Notes: generated by a model not told the origin, from the sequence alone. Shown: positions 38,623-48,546, counted from the first letter of the stretch. The stretch: DNA of 64,000 nucleotides from Candidatus Aenigmatarchaeota archaeon (GCA_026397315.1 JAPLVC010000003.1:1-64000), one strand, 5' to 3'. Numbers and translations are program-made.

Positions 38623-40530
38623 ATGAAAAGGGGTTGGGTTTTTGGGTTAGTTTTACTTTTAGCCGTTGCTTTTTTGCTGGTGCCGGGTTTTGCCCGCGCC
38701 GCCAGCCCTGATGTCATCATACTGCCTGACGAGAAAGTCCTTTCCGTCAACTCGGCGGTCCTGATAAAAGTCGACCCCAAGACGACTGAAAAGCCGATGC
38801 GCATCACGTGGTCGGTATATAATACAGGCAGCATAGGCCTCGGCTCTTTCCCGGCAACAACGGACGGAAAGGGTCTCTGTTATTTCTCCAACAGCGACGG
38901 CAACGCGACATGCGGACCGTCGCCATTCTTCAATTCGGGCCCGACCGAGATGTATATCAACGTCATAACGCCCAGCGGCGCGACGAACAAGACCGTCCCG
39001 CTTAACATATCCAACATATCGATCGAGCTCACGGGCGTGAACAAGGTGGACAACACCGTATACATGTTCTTCTACATGGCTCAGAAAGCCTGGATGAAAT
39101 ACAGCATATACAAGGAGGACCTGAGCATATACCAGACCGAGCGCCCGCTTGAATACGATACCGTTAACGCCAGATACGCCGGCAACATCACGCTGAACCC
39201 GGGTGTCTACTACTTTACTTTCATGGTCAACAATTCCGGAACGTATGGCAGCACGCTGAAGAGGATTGAAATCCCTTCGGGCGACTATCTCACCATGCAA
39301 ACCAGCAAGGCTGAATACTGGACCGGAGAGAAGGTCGGAGTGACAGGCACGTCCAGCGCCTCGAGCGTGACTGGAGAAGTGCGCTACCCGGATGGCAAGA
39401 AGGCCAAGGATTTTTCTGTTTCAGTCGCTTCCGATCACACGTTCTCTTACGAGTTCGTGTCCGAGGGCAACTGGCCAGAGGGCGAATACGAGATCCGCAC
39501 GCTCAGCCCGCTGGCCAAGACTACGAAATTCTCGATAGTGGAGTTCTTCGAACTCATACCGGATTCCATTTCCGCCGCCGTCAACGAGTCTGACGATTTC
39601 TCTGAGACCATACAGATAAAGAATCTCAGGCAGAACTCTACTAACATATCAGTTTCCGTATCAGGCGATCTGAAGGACAGCTACGTCGACTTGGGTAAAT
39701 CGTCTTTAGGTCCGCTCGAAGCCACGACGATAAGCATAGACGTGCCTAACATCGAAGCGGACGTCGAGGGCAAGGTGACGGTCAAATCCGGCGACGGCCT
39801 CGAACTCGCGATACCGGTTTCAATAACAATGCTGGAGCCCGGGCAGGTATGCACGGGCGGCAAGTCGCTGGCGATAGATAAAGAGACGATGATTCTTTCC
39901 AGGGAGTGCATAGACGGCGACCCTGTTTACCACGAGATCCGCGTCAGCAACAGCGGCGCTGCAGGACTAACGAGTTTCAGCTACAGCGTCGAGGACACCG
40001 GAGGCGGTGACCAGTATCTGGAGACGCTCGACAGCAGCGGCTACATTGACGTCCCTGTTTCCGACCTGTCGGTTGCGGCAGGCGATTCAGAGACAGTTGA
40101 AATATCCATCACGCCTTCGGGCGCGGGCAAATACGAGGGCCTGATAAACATAAAGGCAGGCGGCGAGACCGCTAGCGTCCTGGTGGTTCTCAACTGCTAC
40201 GCTAACATTTCAGAAGACATAACCAGCCTCTCATACGCGCTTGCGGGCAAGAGCGTTTCCGAGACCGTGAGAAGCGATATCGGCTCGGACATCTCGAAAG
40301 CCGAGAGTGCCCTGACGCTGGGCAACTACGCCCAGGCGAACGAATACTACCAGAAAGCGCAGGCTAAAATCGACATGCTTGAATCCGGAGTAGCGCCGGC
40401 CATGGATCTCACGTGGATAATCATCATAATCGTCATAGCTGTCGTGGCAGTCGTCTTCCTCTGGTTCTTCAAGTTCAGGAAGACGACGGTAGTTTCTGAA
40501 GACGTCGACGACCTTGAGAAGTTCTCGTAA
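38623..40530 (+). CDS. large surface glycoprotein with Ig-like domains and C-terminal TM
   Basis: signal peptide, beta-rich repeats, many N-x-S/T, C-terminal TM + KFRK. Confidence 0.8.
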   Translation: MKRGWVFGLVLLLAVAFLLVPGFARAASPDVIILPDEKVLSVNSAVLIKVDPKTTEKPMRITWSVYNTGSIGLGSFPATTDGKGLCYFSNSDGNATCGPSPFFNSGPTEMYINVITPSGATNKTVPLNISNISIELTGVNKVDNTVYMFFYMAQKAWMKYSIYKEDLSIYQTERPLEYDTVNARYAGNITLNPGVYYFTFMVNNSGTYGSTLKRIEIPSGDYLTMQTSKAEYWTGEKVGVTGTSSASSVTGEVRYPDGKKAKDFSVSVASDHTFSYEFVSEGNWPEGEYEIRTLSPLAKTTKFSIVEFFELIPDSISAAVNESDDFSETIQIKNLRQNSTNISVSVSGDLKDSYVDLGKSSLGPLEATTISIDVPNIEADVEGKVTVKSGDGLELAIPVSITMLEPGQVCTGGKSLAIDKETMILSRECIDGDPVYHEIRVSNSGAAGLTSFSYSVEDTGGGDQYLETLDSSGYIDVPVSDLSVAAGDSETVEISITPSGAGKYEGLINIKAGGETASVLVVLNCYANISEDITSLSYALAGKSVSETVRSDIGSDISKAESALTLGNYAQANEYYQKAQAKIDMLESGVAPAMDLTWIIIIIVIAVVAVVFLWFFKFRKTTVVSEDVDDLEKFS

Positions 40531-40615
40531 AACCAATCTGAAAAGGCGAAGATACGAAGATGGCGCGACAGCTTATTCGCACTTTTTTTAAAGGCCGGGA
40601 ATTAAAGCGCCCCGA

Positions 40616-42163
40616 CTACTTCGAGAAGAACCTTTTCAGGGCCGGGTGCATGTCTTCCATGTGCTGCATCGATATCTGCTCGTAAAGCTGGTAGACTATC
40701 ATGACTGCCAAAAGTATACCAGTTCCTGTTCCCAGCGCGTCGGTGAAGTCGGCGAAAGACGCCAGGAAGCCGACGGTCGCACCTCCCAGCACGGAAAGCG
40801 CAGGTATGTATCTGTCAAGGACTTTTTCTATAATCCTGATGTCGCGCCTGAAGCCTGGGATTTGCATGCCGGTCGATTCTATCTGGGAAGCGACGGTCTT
40901 CGAGTCCATGCCAGCTGTGCTGACCCAGAAATACGAGAATATGACCGAGCCGCCCACCATGAACAATGCGTATGTGATAAGCCTGACTATGTCTATGGGG
41001 GCTATGTTGACCAGCGACGTAAGGCCCATCGAGAGCATGGAGAAATACCATACAAGAGCGCCCAGCACGCCGAAGCCGAACACTATCTTTATGCCGGTGC
41101 TCATCTTCTTCTTGGTGTAATAAACGAGCAACGCCCCTAGCAGGGCGAAAAGGCCTATGGATATCATGGTACCAGCGATTGCGGTCGTCCTCGGGTGTAT
41201 CAGGAAGAACACGAGCCCGCTGGTTGGCTGGCCGCTCGTGTCGAAGGTTCCGAGCCATGCGTTGCCGCCCTGCTGCGCGAGCATTTTAGCAAAGACCTGC
41301 ACATTCGCTAGTAACGCGCCTATGAGTATGACCGGAATGTTTGAAGTGTAAAGGAACTTGAGAGGCCAGCGCCTGCCGAAGCCGCGCACCGTCGAAAAAG
41401 CCAGCGGTATCTCGACGCGAATCGCCTGGACGTAGACAACTAACAGGAAAACAATCAACGTCGCTATGACGGGTAGCAGGACTATGAACGCGCTGAGCGG
41501 TTCGCCCGCGCCCATAAGGACGGCGGCGTTGGGTATCGCTCCGGACGGCGGGTTCTGGATGCCGGTCGATATGGACCCGTCCGACGTGAGCGGGTTGAAG
41601 GCGCGGATGACCATCGTCTTCGCGACGCCGGCGACTATGAAAAGGCTTATGCCCGAGCCGAAGCCCCACTTGGAGACGACCTCGTCCATGAACAGGACTA
41701 TCCATCCGCCCAACGCCAGCTGGAGCACGACGATGAAAGCCATGCCGGAGATCGCGGCTATCGCTCCGAAGGCAACGTAAACATAACCTTCTATGAGACA
41801 GAGTGCTATTGAGAGCAGTTTCTGAGTGCCCTGGAAAAGCGTCTTGCCCTTCTGTTCGGAGAGGTCCCATGGTATTATCTTGGAACCGACGAGCAGCTGA
41901 AGAATAATGGACGCCGTGACTATGGGGCCTATACCTAACGTGACTAGAGAACCGAAGGTCGAGCCGAGCAGGATTTCAAGGTATTTGAAGTATTCGTAGT
42001 TCGTCTTCGATATGCCGAAGACGGTGACCTGCGTCATCGCGAAATAAATAAGCAGCGCGATGCCCGTCCACTTCAGCTTTTCCTTGAAGCTCTGCCTCTT
42101 GAGAGGCTCAGATACGCCTGGCAGCCTCTTCAACACGCCGATATAAGCATCTTCAAGTCCCAT
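40616..42163 (-). CDS. secY: protein translocase subunit SecY
   Basis: LGIGPIVTASII.QLL, GSGISLFI, YTSNIP, QIPGFRRD, GTGILL. Confidence 0.97.
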   Translation of the reverse strand: MGLEDAYIGVLKRLPGVSEPLKRQSFKEKLKWTGIALLIYFAMTQVTVFGISKTNYEYFKYLEILLGSTFGSLVTLGIGPIVTASIILQLLVGSKIIPWDLSEQKGKTLFQGTQKLLSIALCLIEGYVYVAFGAIAAISGMAFIVVLQLALGGWIVLFMDEVVSKWGFGSGISLFIVAGVAKTMVIRAFNPLTSDGSISTGIQNPPSGAIPNAAVLMGAGEPLSAFIVLLPVIATLIVFLLVVYVQAIRVEIPLAFSTVRGFGRRWPLKFLYTSNIPVILIGALLANVQVFAKMLAQQGGNAWLGTFDTSGQPTSGLVFFLIHPRTTAIAGTMISIGLFALLGALLVYYTKKKMSTGIKIVFGFGVLGALVWYFSMLSMGLTSLVNIAPIDIVRLITYALFMVGGSVIFSYFWVSTAGMDSKTVASQIESTGMQIPGFRRDIRIIEKVLDRYIPALSVLGGATVGFLASFADFTDALGTGTGILLAVMIVYQLYEQISMQHMEDMHPALKRFFSK

Positions 42164-42320
42164 GCAAAAACCTTCAGATATCCTGTTTTATCCTGCATAA
42201 TTTTGTGGTGTGTTTTTTATTTGCAGTATTAACAGATAACAGGATTTGTTAATTATATTTATAAGTCTTGCTAAAATACGTTTCGGATTTGGAAGGTTTA
42301 GTTAAAATAAAAAATAAGAT

Positions 42321-42746
42321 TTACTCGCTGGCTGCGTTCTCTTCCACGGCTTTGCCGCCGGCTTCCTCTATCTTTTCCTTCGCGTGCACTGAGAATGCCT
42401 TTGCAGTCACAGTCAGCGCCTTGGTTATCACGCCTGAGCCGAGGACCTTGTCGAAGCCGAATTCCGCCAGGTTTATTTCGACCTTGCCGTTTTTCAGCGC
42501 CAGGTCTTCGAGGCTGCTGAGGTTTATGACCTTTACTTCCTTCACGCACTTGTAGCTCTTGGGGACGAAGCCGCGCTTGCCGAGATGGTCCGGTTCGTAC
42601 TTCTGAAGCCATGACTTCATGTGCTTGAAACCGCCGGAATAACCCTTGCCGCCGCGCACGCCTTTGCCGCGCCTCTTGCGCATGCCGCCGTAGCCGCACG
42701 TGCGCGTTCCGCGCTTCTTCTCTATTTTCTTTTTCCTGTTCGCCAT
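42321..42746 (-). CDS. rpl15: 50S ribosomal protein uL15
   Basis: RG.RT.G.G..K.RG.G.RGG.G, KVLGSG, A.EKIE.AGG. Confidence 0.96.
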   Translation of the reverse strand: MANRKKKIEKKRGTRTCGYGGMRKRRGKGVRGGKGYSGGFKHMKSWLQKYEPDHLGKRGFVPKSYKCVKEVKVINLSSLEDLALKNGKVEINLAEFGFDKVLGSGVITKALTVTAKAFSVHAKEKIEEAGGKAVEENAASE

Positions 42747-43178
42747 TTACATCATCCTCTCGATGAGCTTGTTTATCTTGTCGCCCCTGTAACCCAGCGC
42801 GCCCTTCGGGAACGCTCTCTTAATGCCCTCGTATCCCTTCCTCGGCGGGCTGAGCCTGAAAAGGGGCTTGAAACCCTTGATATCATTCATGTTTTTCTGC
42901 TTCTTTATCGTGTCTGCGACGTCCTTAGCAGCTTTTTCGTCGAGCTTCTTGTCGCCTTCCATGCGGCCGCGGGCAGCGACTAGCTTCTCGAGCGTCGCTT
43001 CGCTGATCTCGCCCCACGTGACGAAGTCCTTGACCTTTTTTATCATGCCCTCGATCTGCGGCTCTTTCCTGACGATGACGCAATGATTCACGCGCGTGAG
43101 GCGCATCATCTTCATCGTGGCGTTTATTTCCTTTTTCTTGTCGACTGTGCCGCGGACCCTTATGACAGCAAACATCAT
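42747..43178 (-). CDS. rpl30: 50S ribosomal protein uL30
   Basis: AVIRVRG, VTWGE, RLSPPRKG, GYRG..IN.LI.RM. Confidence 0.96.
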   Translation of the reverse strand: MMFAVIRVRGTVDKKKEINATMKMMRLTRVNHCVIVRKEPQIEGMIKKVKDFVTWGEISEATLEKLVAARGRMEGDKKLDEKAAKDVADTIKKQKNMNDIKGFKPLFRLSPPRKGYEGIKRAFPKGALGYRGDKINKLIERMM

Positions 43179-44062
43179 CAGATATCACCCTTCGTCCTGC
43201 TCAGGTTCTTCAGAGCCTCGAACATAGCCAGCGCGAGGTTTATTCTCGTGCATGACTGGCCGGAAATCTTTGAGCGGATGTCTTTTACGCCGGCGAGTTT
43301 AAGCAGTTTCTTGCTTTCCTTGTCAGCCACTATGCCTACGCCCATCGGCGTGGGCATAAGCTCGATCTTGACCGAGCCGGTCTTGCCTGTTGTCTTGAAA
43401 GGAATAGAATGCGCCCCGCCGCAGTTGCACTCCCACGAGCCGCAGCCCCTGCGGACGCTTATGACGTTCAGTTTCGCCTGTTGTAAAGCCTTTTCTATCG
43501 CGGTCCTGTGCTCGTTTGAGGACGCCTTGCCTATGCCTATGACGCCGTCGCCGTTGCCTACTGCGACGACCGATGTGAGCTTGAATCTCCTGCCCGACTT
43601 GTGCATCCTGGCTGTCATTCTCGTTGGCGTGCGGCGAATACCGCCGCCCTTGCCTGGCGTGCCGCCTATGTGCACAAGCTCTTCCATCAGGTCCGGGACA
43701 AGATAATCGACAATCTGTGGCTCGAGAATTATTTTGCCTTTCGAAAGCAGGTCTTTGATGTCCTTGAACTTGCCGCTGACCACTTCTTTACCCAGTTCAG
43801 TCTTCGGCAACCATGCGGAAACCCTTTCCTCAGCCTTTCGCCTCCGAGACGGTTCGTATTCGCGGCCCTTCTTTATCTGCTCCTCGACTTCCTCGGTCAC
43901 GACTTCCTTTTTCTCGGCCGTTTCCTCGACAGCTTCCTGGACTTTCTCCTCTGCAACTTCGAGTTCGGTTTCAGCCGTTTCCTGGGCTGCGTCTTCCAAG
44001 TTTTCTTCCTTCTTCTCCATTTCTACTCCGGTTTCCTCATGCTTGAGTTTCTTTTTAGTCAC
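43178..44062 (-). CDS. rps5: 30S ribosomal protein uS5 with acidic N-terminal extension
   Basis: W.PKT.LG, RMHKSGRR, RRGCGSWEC.CG..HS. Confidence 0.96.
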   Translation of the reverse strand: MTKKKLKHEETGVEMEKKEENLEDAAQETAETELEVAEEKVQEAVEETAEKKEVVTEEVEEQIKKGREYEPSRRRKAEERVSAWLPKTELGKEVVSGKFKDIKDLLSKGKIILEPQIVDYLVPDLMEELVHIGGTPGKGGGIRRTPTRMTARMHKSGRRFKLTSVVAVGNGDGVIGIGKASSNEHRTAIEKALQQAKLNVISVRRGCGSWECNCGGAHSIPFKTTGKTGSVKIELMPTPMGVGIVADKESKKLLKLAGVKDIRSKISGQSCTRINLALAMFEALKNLSRTKGDI

Positions 44063-44139
44063 TTTTTCACCTGCAATCCTGAATCCTAAATGATAATTTT
44101 ATTGGTTATTATAGATATACACATTATATAAAAGGATAC

Positions 44140-44766
44140 TTATTTATATCTTCGCCTTTTTTTAATAGTTTCCATCCTCGCCAGGACGTCTTTTGAGGCC
44201 GTAAAACAGTCCGCATAAGCGGCCAGCACGCTTTCCCAGCACTCGTCGAGGACGGCGAAATGAGTCGATTTCAGCGCCTCGTACAGCAGGAAAAGGTCGA
44301 CCGCGCGATCTTCTGCCGAAAGCGAGAACTTGCCCAGGCCGAAATCGATAAGGTAAACGCGGCCATCGCTTCCGCTTAGAATCATGTTCGAGGTCGTCAG
44401 GTCGCCGTGTATGATGCCCGCGATATGGAGGCCTGCGACCAGCGCGCCGACCTCTTCGCACGTCTTCCTGCGCGCTTCTGCATCCATCGAGTTGAGCGCG
44501 TCCTTCAGCTTCGTCCCTTTCACGTATTCCATGACGAGCCTGAAGTCGTCCTCTGTGCGGACGCGCGGGACAGACACGTTGCTAGCGCGTGCGCGCTCCA
44601 TGAGCTTCGCTTCTGCTCGCGTCCTCTGCTTGCGTATCTTCACGTCGATCTGCGGGATGCGATACCCTTTCGCGACGCGCTCTTTCACCAGTTCGCCATC
44701 GCGCAGGTAGAGAATCGCTTCAGCGCCCCGCTGGATTATTTTTTCCTTTGTAATATCATGGCTCAT
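44140..44766 (-). CDS. bud32: KEOPS kinase Bud32
   Basis: GAEA, KER..K.YR, HGDLTTSN, IDFGL, RRRY. Confidence 0.94.
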   Translation of the reverse strand: MSHDITKEKIIQRGAEAILYLRDGELVKERVAKGYRIPQIDVKIRKQRTRAEAKLMERARASNVSVPRVRTEDDFRLVMEYVKGTKLKDALNSMDAEARRKTCEEVGALVAGLHIAGIIHGDLTTSNMILSGSDGRVYLIDFGLGKFSLSAEDRAVDLFLLYEALKSTHFAVLDECWESVLAAYADCFTASKDVLARMETIKKRRRYK

Positions 44767-44797
44767 AGAATAAAGATGTAAGGCTTTTTTATATGGT

Positions 44798-45124
44798 TTA
44801 GCAGTTGTACCTGTTGACGTCTCTTTTTTCAAGGCACAGAAGCGGTGAACGTGTGAGGTACATCAAATAAGTCTTAAATTCGCCCTGTGTTATGTCATAG
44901 GAATTGCTCGAACCGTAACCGTTTTTTACGTATAACTTAACGGGGGTTTTCGGCTTTCCTGTATCAACATAGCGTTGCAATATTATGCTCGATGTCTTTG
45001 GGCCTATCTCTATGGTTTTATCTCCGAGCGTTATCTCTCCAAATTTAATATTACCGGAATCGTCTTTCTGTGACTTAAAATGATATTGTATATCTACGAT
45101 ATCCTTGTTCAATCTAGGACACAT
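44798..45124 (-). CDS. hypothetical protein
   Basis: AT-rich 108-aa ORF. Confidence 0.45.
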   Translation of the reverse strand: MCPRLNKDIVDIQYHFKSQKDDSGNIKFGEITLGDKTIEIGPKTSSIILQRYVDTGKPKTPVKLYVKNGYGSSNSYDITQGEFKTYLMYLTRSPLLCLEKRDVNRYNC

Positions 45125-45193
45125 TTAAATCACTTATTAGTGATAAATTTTGTATTTAAAAAGGTTATTGCGCCGCTTTTGATGATTTCGAAG

Positions 45194-46129
45194 TTATTTT
45201 CTCCACAGCTCGCACGTCTTGCATATTTTCTGCGAACTCGGCTCCCCGCACTTCTGGCAGCGCAGCAGCTCGAAGCCGCCCTTCTTGACGACTTCCCTGA
45301 TACCGGGCGCGAGGCGAAGGAACGTGTTGAGCACCGAGAACTTTGTGCCCGGACTCTCGGCCTCGAGCGTGTTCAGGAAGTCGCGCACTTTGAAACGCGG
45401 CCCCTCGATGAACGGGCATTCGTTCTCCTGTATCTCCAGCCCGTTGAGTAGCGCGTAGAGACCGATCTCGCGCTCAGGAATCTCGCGAAAAGGCTTTATA
45501 CGCGGCACGAAAAGCCTGCTCTGGACCAGCGGCTCGCCTGCCATGCGCGCTAGGCGCATCAGGTCGCCGCGGATGTAATCCATCATTATGCCCTGCACTT
45601 CGTCGTCGAGGTTCATGCCGAACACGATTTTATGCGCGCCCAGCTCCCTCGCCTTCCTGTTGAGCAGCCAGCGGCGGGCGAGGCCGCAATAAGTGCACGC
45701 CGTCCCTTCCCACTTGCCGGACTTTTTCAGGCCTTTGACGACGTCGCTCAGCGGCCTGCCTAATTCGTCGCTGAACGAAAAAACGTGATGCTTTATGCGG
45801 AGCTTTTTGCACAGCTTTTTGGCTATTTTTAGGCTATCGTCCCTGTAACCGGCGATGCCCTCGTCGATGGTTATGGCGAACATCGCTACGTCCCGTCGCT
45901 TGCGCAGGATTTTGTGCAGCATGTAGAGCGCGGCTGTCGAATCCTTGCCGCCGGAGACTGCGAAAGCGACGGTTTCGCCATGGCCTATCATCTTGCCCTT
46001 GCGCATCGTCTTGCGGACCTTGTCCTCGATGCTCTGGATGAAGTGCCCGCGGCAGAGATACGTGCCCTCGTATTTCCTATGATAGACGGCCTTTTTGCCG
46101 CATTTGGTGCAATAACCGGGCTTTGACAT
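45194..46129 (-). CDS. tRNA 2-thiolation protein (TtuA/NcsA, TIGR00269)
   Basis: N-terminal CxxC..C..H, SGGKDS PP-loop, CTYCG..RR, C-terminal CxxC...CxxC. Confidence 0.92.
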   Translation of the reverse strand: MSKPGYCTKCGKKAVYHRKYEGTYLCRGHFIQSIEDKVRKTMRKGKMIGHGETVAFAVSGGKDSTAALYMLHKILRKRRDVAMFAITIDEGIAGYRDDSLKIAKKLCKKLRIKHHVFSFSDELGRPLSDVVKGLKKSGKWEGTACTYCGLARRWLLNRKARELGAHKIVFGMNLDDEVQGIMMDYIRGDLMRLARMAGEPLVQSRLFVPRIKPFREIPEREIGLYALLNGLEIQENECPFIEGPRFKVRDFLNTLEAESPGTKFSVLNTFLRLAPGIREVVKKGGFELLRCQKCGEPSSQKICKTCELWRK

Positions 46130-46243
46130 AATCATAGAATAAACCCTGGATTTAAATCCCGGCGTATGGCCGGTATGAATTAGTGTTATCACTATAAAGA
46201 AGTTAAAATAAAGCTTTATAAGGAGAGAAACGTAGTATATAAT

Positions 46244-46636
46244 ATGGTCAAAAAAGCAACGATTATCGCGCTAATACAACAGTATGATAAACACACAGAA
46301 GTTGAAATCAACTTTAAACCGCGCAACGAAGACGTTGATTTGCACGCGCACGATTTTTTCGCAACGCCACGTTTGGCCGGCACCAAAATTTTTACATATG
46401 ACCAGGAGCCGGAAAAAAAACACCCCGGACAAACTGTCCATAAAATAAGATTCAAATTGCCTCACACAGGAGATCTGAATGCTCAAGCCGTTGAAGTCAT
46501 GGTAAATGGCTATGTGAGCCAGCTCACTAGCACTATTAGCGATGCGATGGCAAAAAGCACGGGTGTAAACACATACCCGATTGCAATGAAAAGTGTCACA
46601 CAATCAATGGGAAGTGCCGCACAAAAGAAATACTGA
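46244..46636 (+). CDS. hypothetical protein
   Basis: 130-aa AT-rich ORF with own TATA. Confidence 0.55.
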   Translation: MVKKATIIALIQQYDKHTEVEINFKPRNEDVDLHAHDFFATPRLAGTKIFTYDQEPEKKHPGQTVHKIRFKLPHTGDLNAQAVEVMVNGYVSQLTSTISDAMAKSTGVNTYPIAMKSVTQSMGSAAQKKY

Positions 46637-46647
46637 TCCCGTTTTTT

Positions 46648-46848
46648 TCAGCCGCCTGAGACTACCTTTATCAATTCTATTTTATCGTTGTTCGCCAGCG
46701 GCTCGTCGTCCGTTATTATCTCCCTGCCGCGCCTGACGAGGACGGTTTCCGGGTTCACGCCGAGCTTTTGCACGGCGTCTATCGCTTTCGCTTTATCCGG
46801 CAGGACGAGCGTGTGTTTCCTGCCCTGGAGCTCGGCGACGATTTTCAT
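46648..46848 (-). CDS. ThiS/MoaD/SAMP ubiquitin-like sulfur carrier
   Basis: LGVNPETVLV, C-terminal VVSGG. Confidence 0.92.
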   Translation of the reverse strand: MKIVAELQGRKHTLVLPDKAKAIDAVQKLGVNPETVLVRRGREIITDDEPLANNDKIELIKVVSGG

Positions 46849-46909
46849 AACTAATATAAAAGAGATTTATAATAAATACTGTAAACCGGGAACAGAGCGC
46901 AAAAACAAA

Positions 46910-47069
46910 GCTGGGATGGCCGAGCTAGGTTCAAGGCGATGGACTCGAATGGATATCATGAGGCGAATGCCTGTGATTGCGCGACATCCATTGGGCTTCT
47001 GCCCGCGCAGGTTCAAAAGCGAAAGACGCAGATTGCATCTGCGTCCGCTTGAAACTCCTGCTCCCAGCG
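46910..47069 (+). tRNA. tRNA-Ser(CGA) with introns at 37/38 (46950-46985) and 59/60 (47018-47055)
   Basis: GCTGGGA/TCCCAGC acceptor, ATGGA-CT-CGA-A|A-TCCAT, long variable arm, GGTTCAAA|TCC after BHB-like intron removal. Confidence 0.9.
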
Positions 47070-47075
47070 CTAACC

Positions 47076-47147
47076 GGGCTGGTGGTCTAGTGGCATGACG
47101 TCGCCTTCACACGGCGAAGATCAAGGGTTCAATTCCCTTCCGGCCCA
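47076..47147 (+). tRNA. tRNA-Val(CAC)
   Basis: cloverleaf; TCGCC-TT-CAC-AC-GGCGA. Confidence 0.95.
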
Positions 47148-47192
47148 TCACGCTGAACTTATAAAAACGCATCGGAATAATATGTTGTAATC

Positions 47193-47265
47193 GGGTCCAT
47201 GGTCTAGTGGCTATGACGTCTGCTTGACGTGCAGAAGATCGCTGGTTCGAGTCCGGCTGGACCCA
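47193..47265 (+). tRNA. tRNA-Val(GAC)
   Basis: cloverleaf; TCTGC-TT-GAC-GT-GCAGA. Confidence 0.95.
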
Positions 47266-47351
47266 TCTTTTTCCAAAGCTTTCACGTGCTTTTTCCGGCG
47301 CCTCTTATCAATATATAAATAAAAGACACAGTGATTATTGTTATCAGGCAT

Positions 47352-47484
47352 GCCCCGGTAGTCTAGTGGCCAAGGATACCGGCCTTTCGGGTGCTTTTCG
47401 AAGTCTCGAAAGGTAAGAGCTCCGCAGCGAGCGATGACTTCACGAAGAAAGCCGGTGACCCGGGTTCAAATCCCGGCCGGGGCA
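47352..47484 (+). tRNA. tRNA-Glu(TTC) with 60-nt intron at 37/38 (47390-47449)
   Basis: CCGGC-CT-TTC-G|A-GCCGG; BHB CTTT/GAAG with bulges CG|G and AA|A. Confidence 0.92.
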
Positions 47485-47558
47485 CTTGAGCAAAAGCGCG
47501 GTTTCCGCCGCGCCGGCCTGCTTTTTAAACTTTTAAAATTTGACGACAAGTATATTAC

Positions 47559-48317
47559 ATGAACTACGGCTGCGACAACTGCACCAACTGCGGCGCATGC
47601 TGCACTGGCTTGGACATCGAGCTCTCGAAAGAGGACATCCGCTCGCTCGTTTCTCTGGGCTACAAGCTTGAAGATTTTCTCGAAACAGAGCCGGTTCCCA
47701 TGCTCAAGACGAGCCCAGGCAAGAGGAGATGCATTTTTCTCGACAACAAAAATTTCTGCGCTATCCACGGCCGACATGGCCACGCAGCGAAGCCCCACAC
47801 GTGCAGACATTACCCGAAGATGACGCAAGAAGCGCTTAGCCAGAGGGATTACAGATTCTTCAAATACGGCGGCAAGACGCTTTCGCGCGACGTGCTGGCC
47901 AATATCCTGGCATCCATGAAAGACGTCCACGAGAGCGAGCTTTTCAAGTCTCTTCTCTTCCGCCTGGAGAAACTGAGAAAACAAAAGGCGTCTTACATAG
48001 ACACGTTCAATTACGACGATAACAGGAGACACTCGGAACTGCGCAAGACCTTCGCGAGGAGAAGGGCAATCAAGCTGGCGAAGGCTAAGGTCAGAAGCGA
48101 CGACATCGCGGAATTCGCCGCCATTACCAAAAGGCGAAGCTTCGACTCGTCCGGTTTCACCGGTGAGCTGCGCGCGAGGCTCATGAAAGGCGAGGGACAC
48201 AACCACAACCTGCCGGAAATGTTGCTAGCGTATCTCTACGCGATAAAGAAAGCGGAGCCGCGCGACGCGAAGGCGGCTGCCAAATATTTCTTCGAGTGGA
48301 ACGCCAAGAGATTCTAG
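47559..48317 (+). CDS. YkgJ-family Cys cluster (Zn/Fe-S) protein
   Basis: C..C..CGACC, CIFL..N.C.IH, KP.TC..YP. Confidence 0.85.
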   Translation: MNYGCDNCTNCGACCTGLDIELSKEDIRSLVSLGYKLEDFLETEPVPMLKTSPGKRRCIFLDNKNFCAIHGRHGHAAKPHTCRHYPKMTQEALSQRDYRFFKYGGKTLSRDVLANILASMKDVHESELFKSLLFRLEKLRKQKASYIDTFNYDDNRRHSELRKTFARRRAIKLAKAKVRSDDIAEFAAITKRRSFDSSGFTGELRARLMKGEGHNHNLPEMLLAYLYAIKKAEPRDAKAAAKYFFEWNAKRF

Positions 48318-48384
48318 TTTCCGCCTGCGGCGGGCGCTCAAGTTTTTAAACTGCGAAATACTATGTATTCTACAGTGATGGCAA

Positions 48385-48546
48385 ATGCCCGTGTTTGAAA
48401 AATACTGCGACAAGTGCGGAGAGCCTTCCACGAGCCTCAAGAACGTCAACGGCAGGATGATATGCGCCAAGTGCCGCGGCGTGCATTTCGAAGAGGACGA
48501 GGAGCTCACGAGGAAAGCGAAACTCAGGAAAATGTGGCTGAAGTAA
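48385..48546 (+). CDS. small zinc-finger protein
   Basis: Manual translation MPVFEKYCDKCGEPSTSLKNVNGRMICAKCRGVHFEEDEELTRKAKLRKMWLK. Confidence 0.7.
   Translation: MPVFEKYCDKCGEPSTSLKNVNGRMICAKCRGVHFEEDEELTRKAKLRKMWLK

Noticed and set aside
43830-44062. Glu-rich N-terminal extension of uS5 as a novel domain
   Set aside because: Low-complexity acidic extensions are common on archaeal ribosomal proteins
47390-47449. Possible alternative Glu(CTC) mini-exon (TCTCG) or C/D box RNA in the tRNA-Glu intron
   Set aside because: The join would be in register, but the required BHB helices contain mismatches and lack inner stems; no complete C and D box pair
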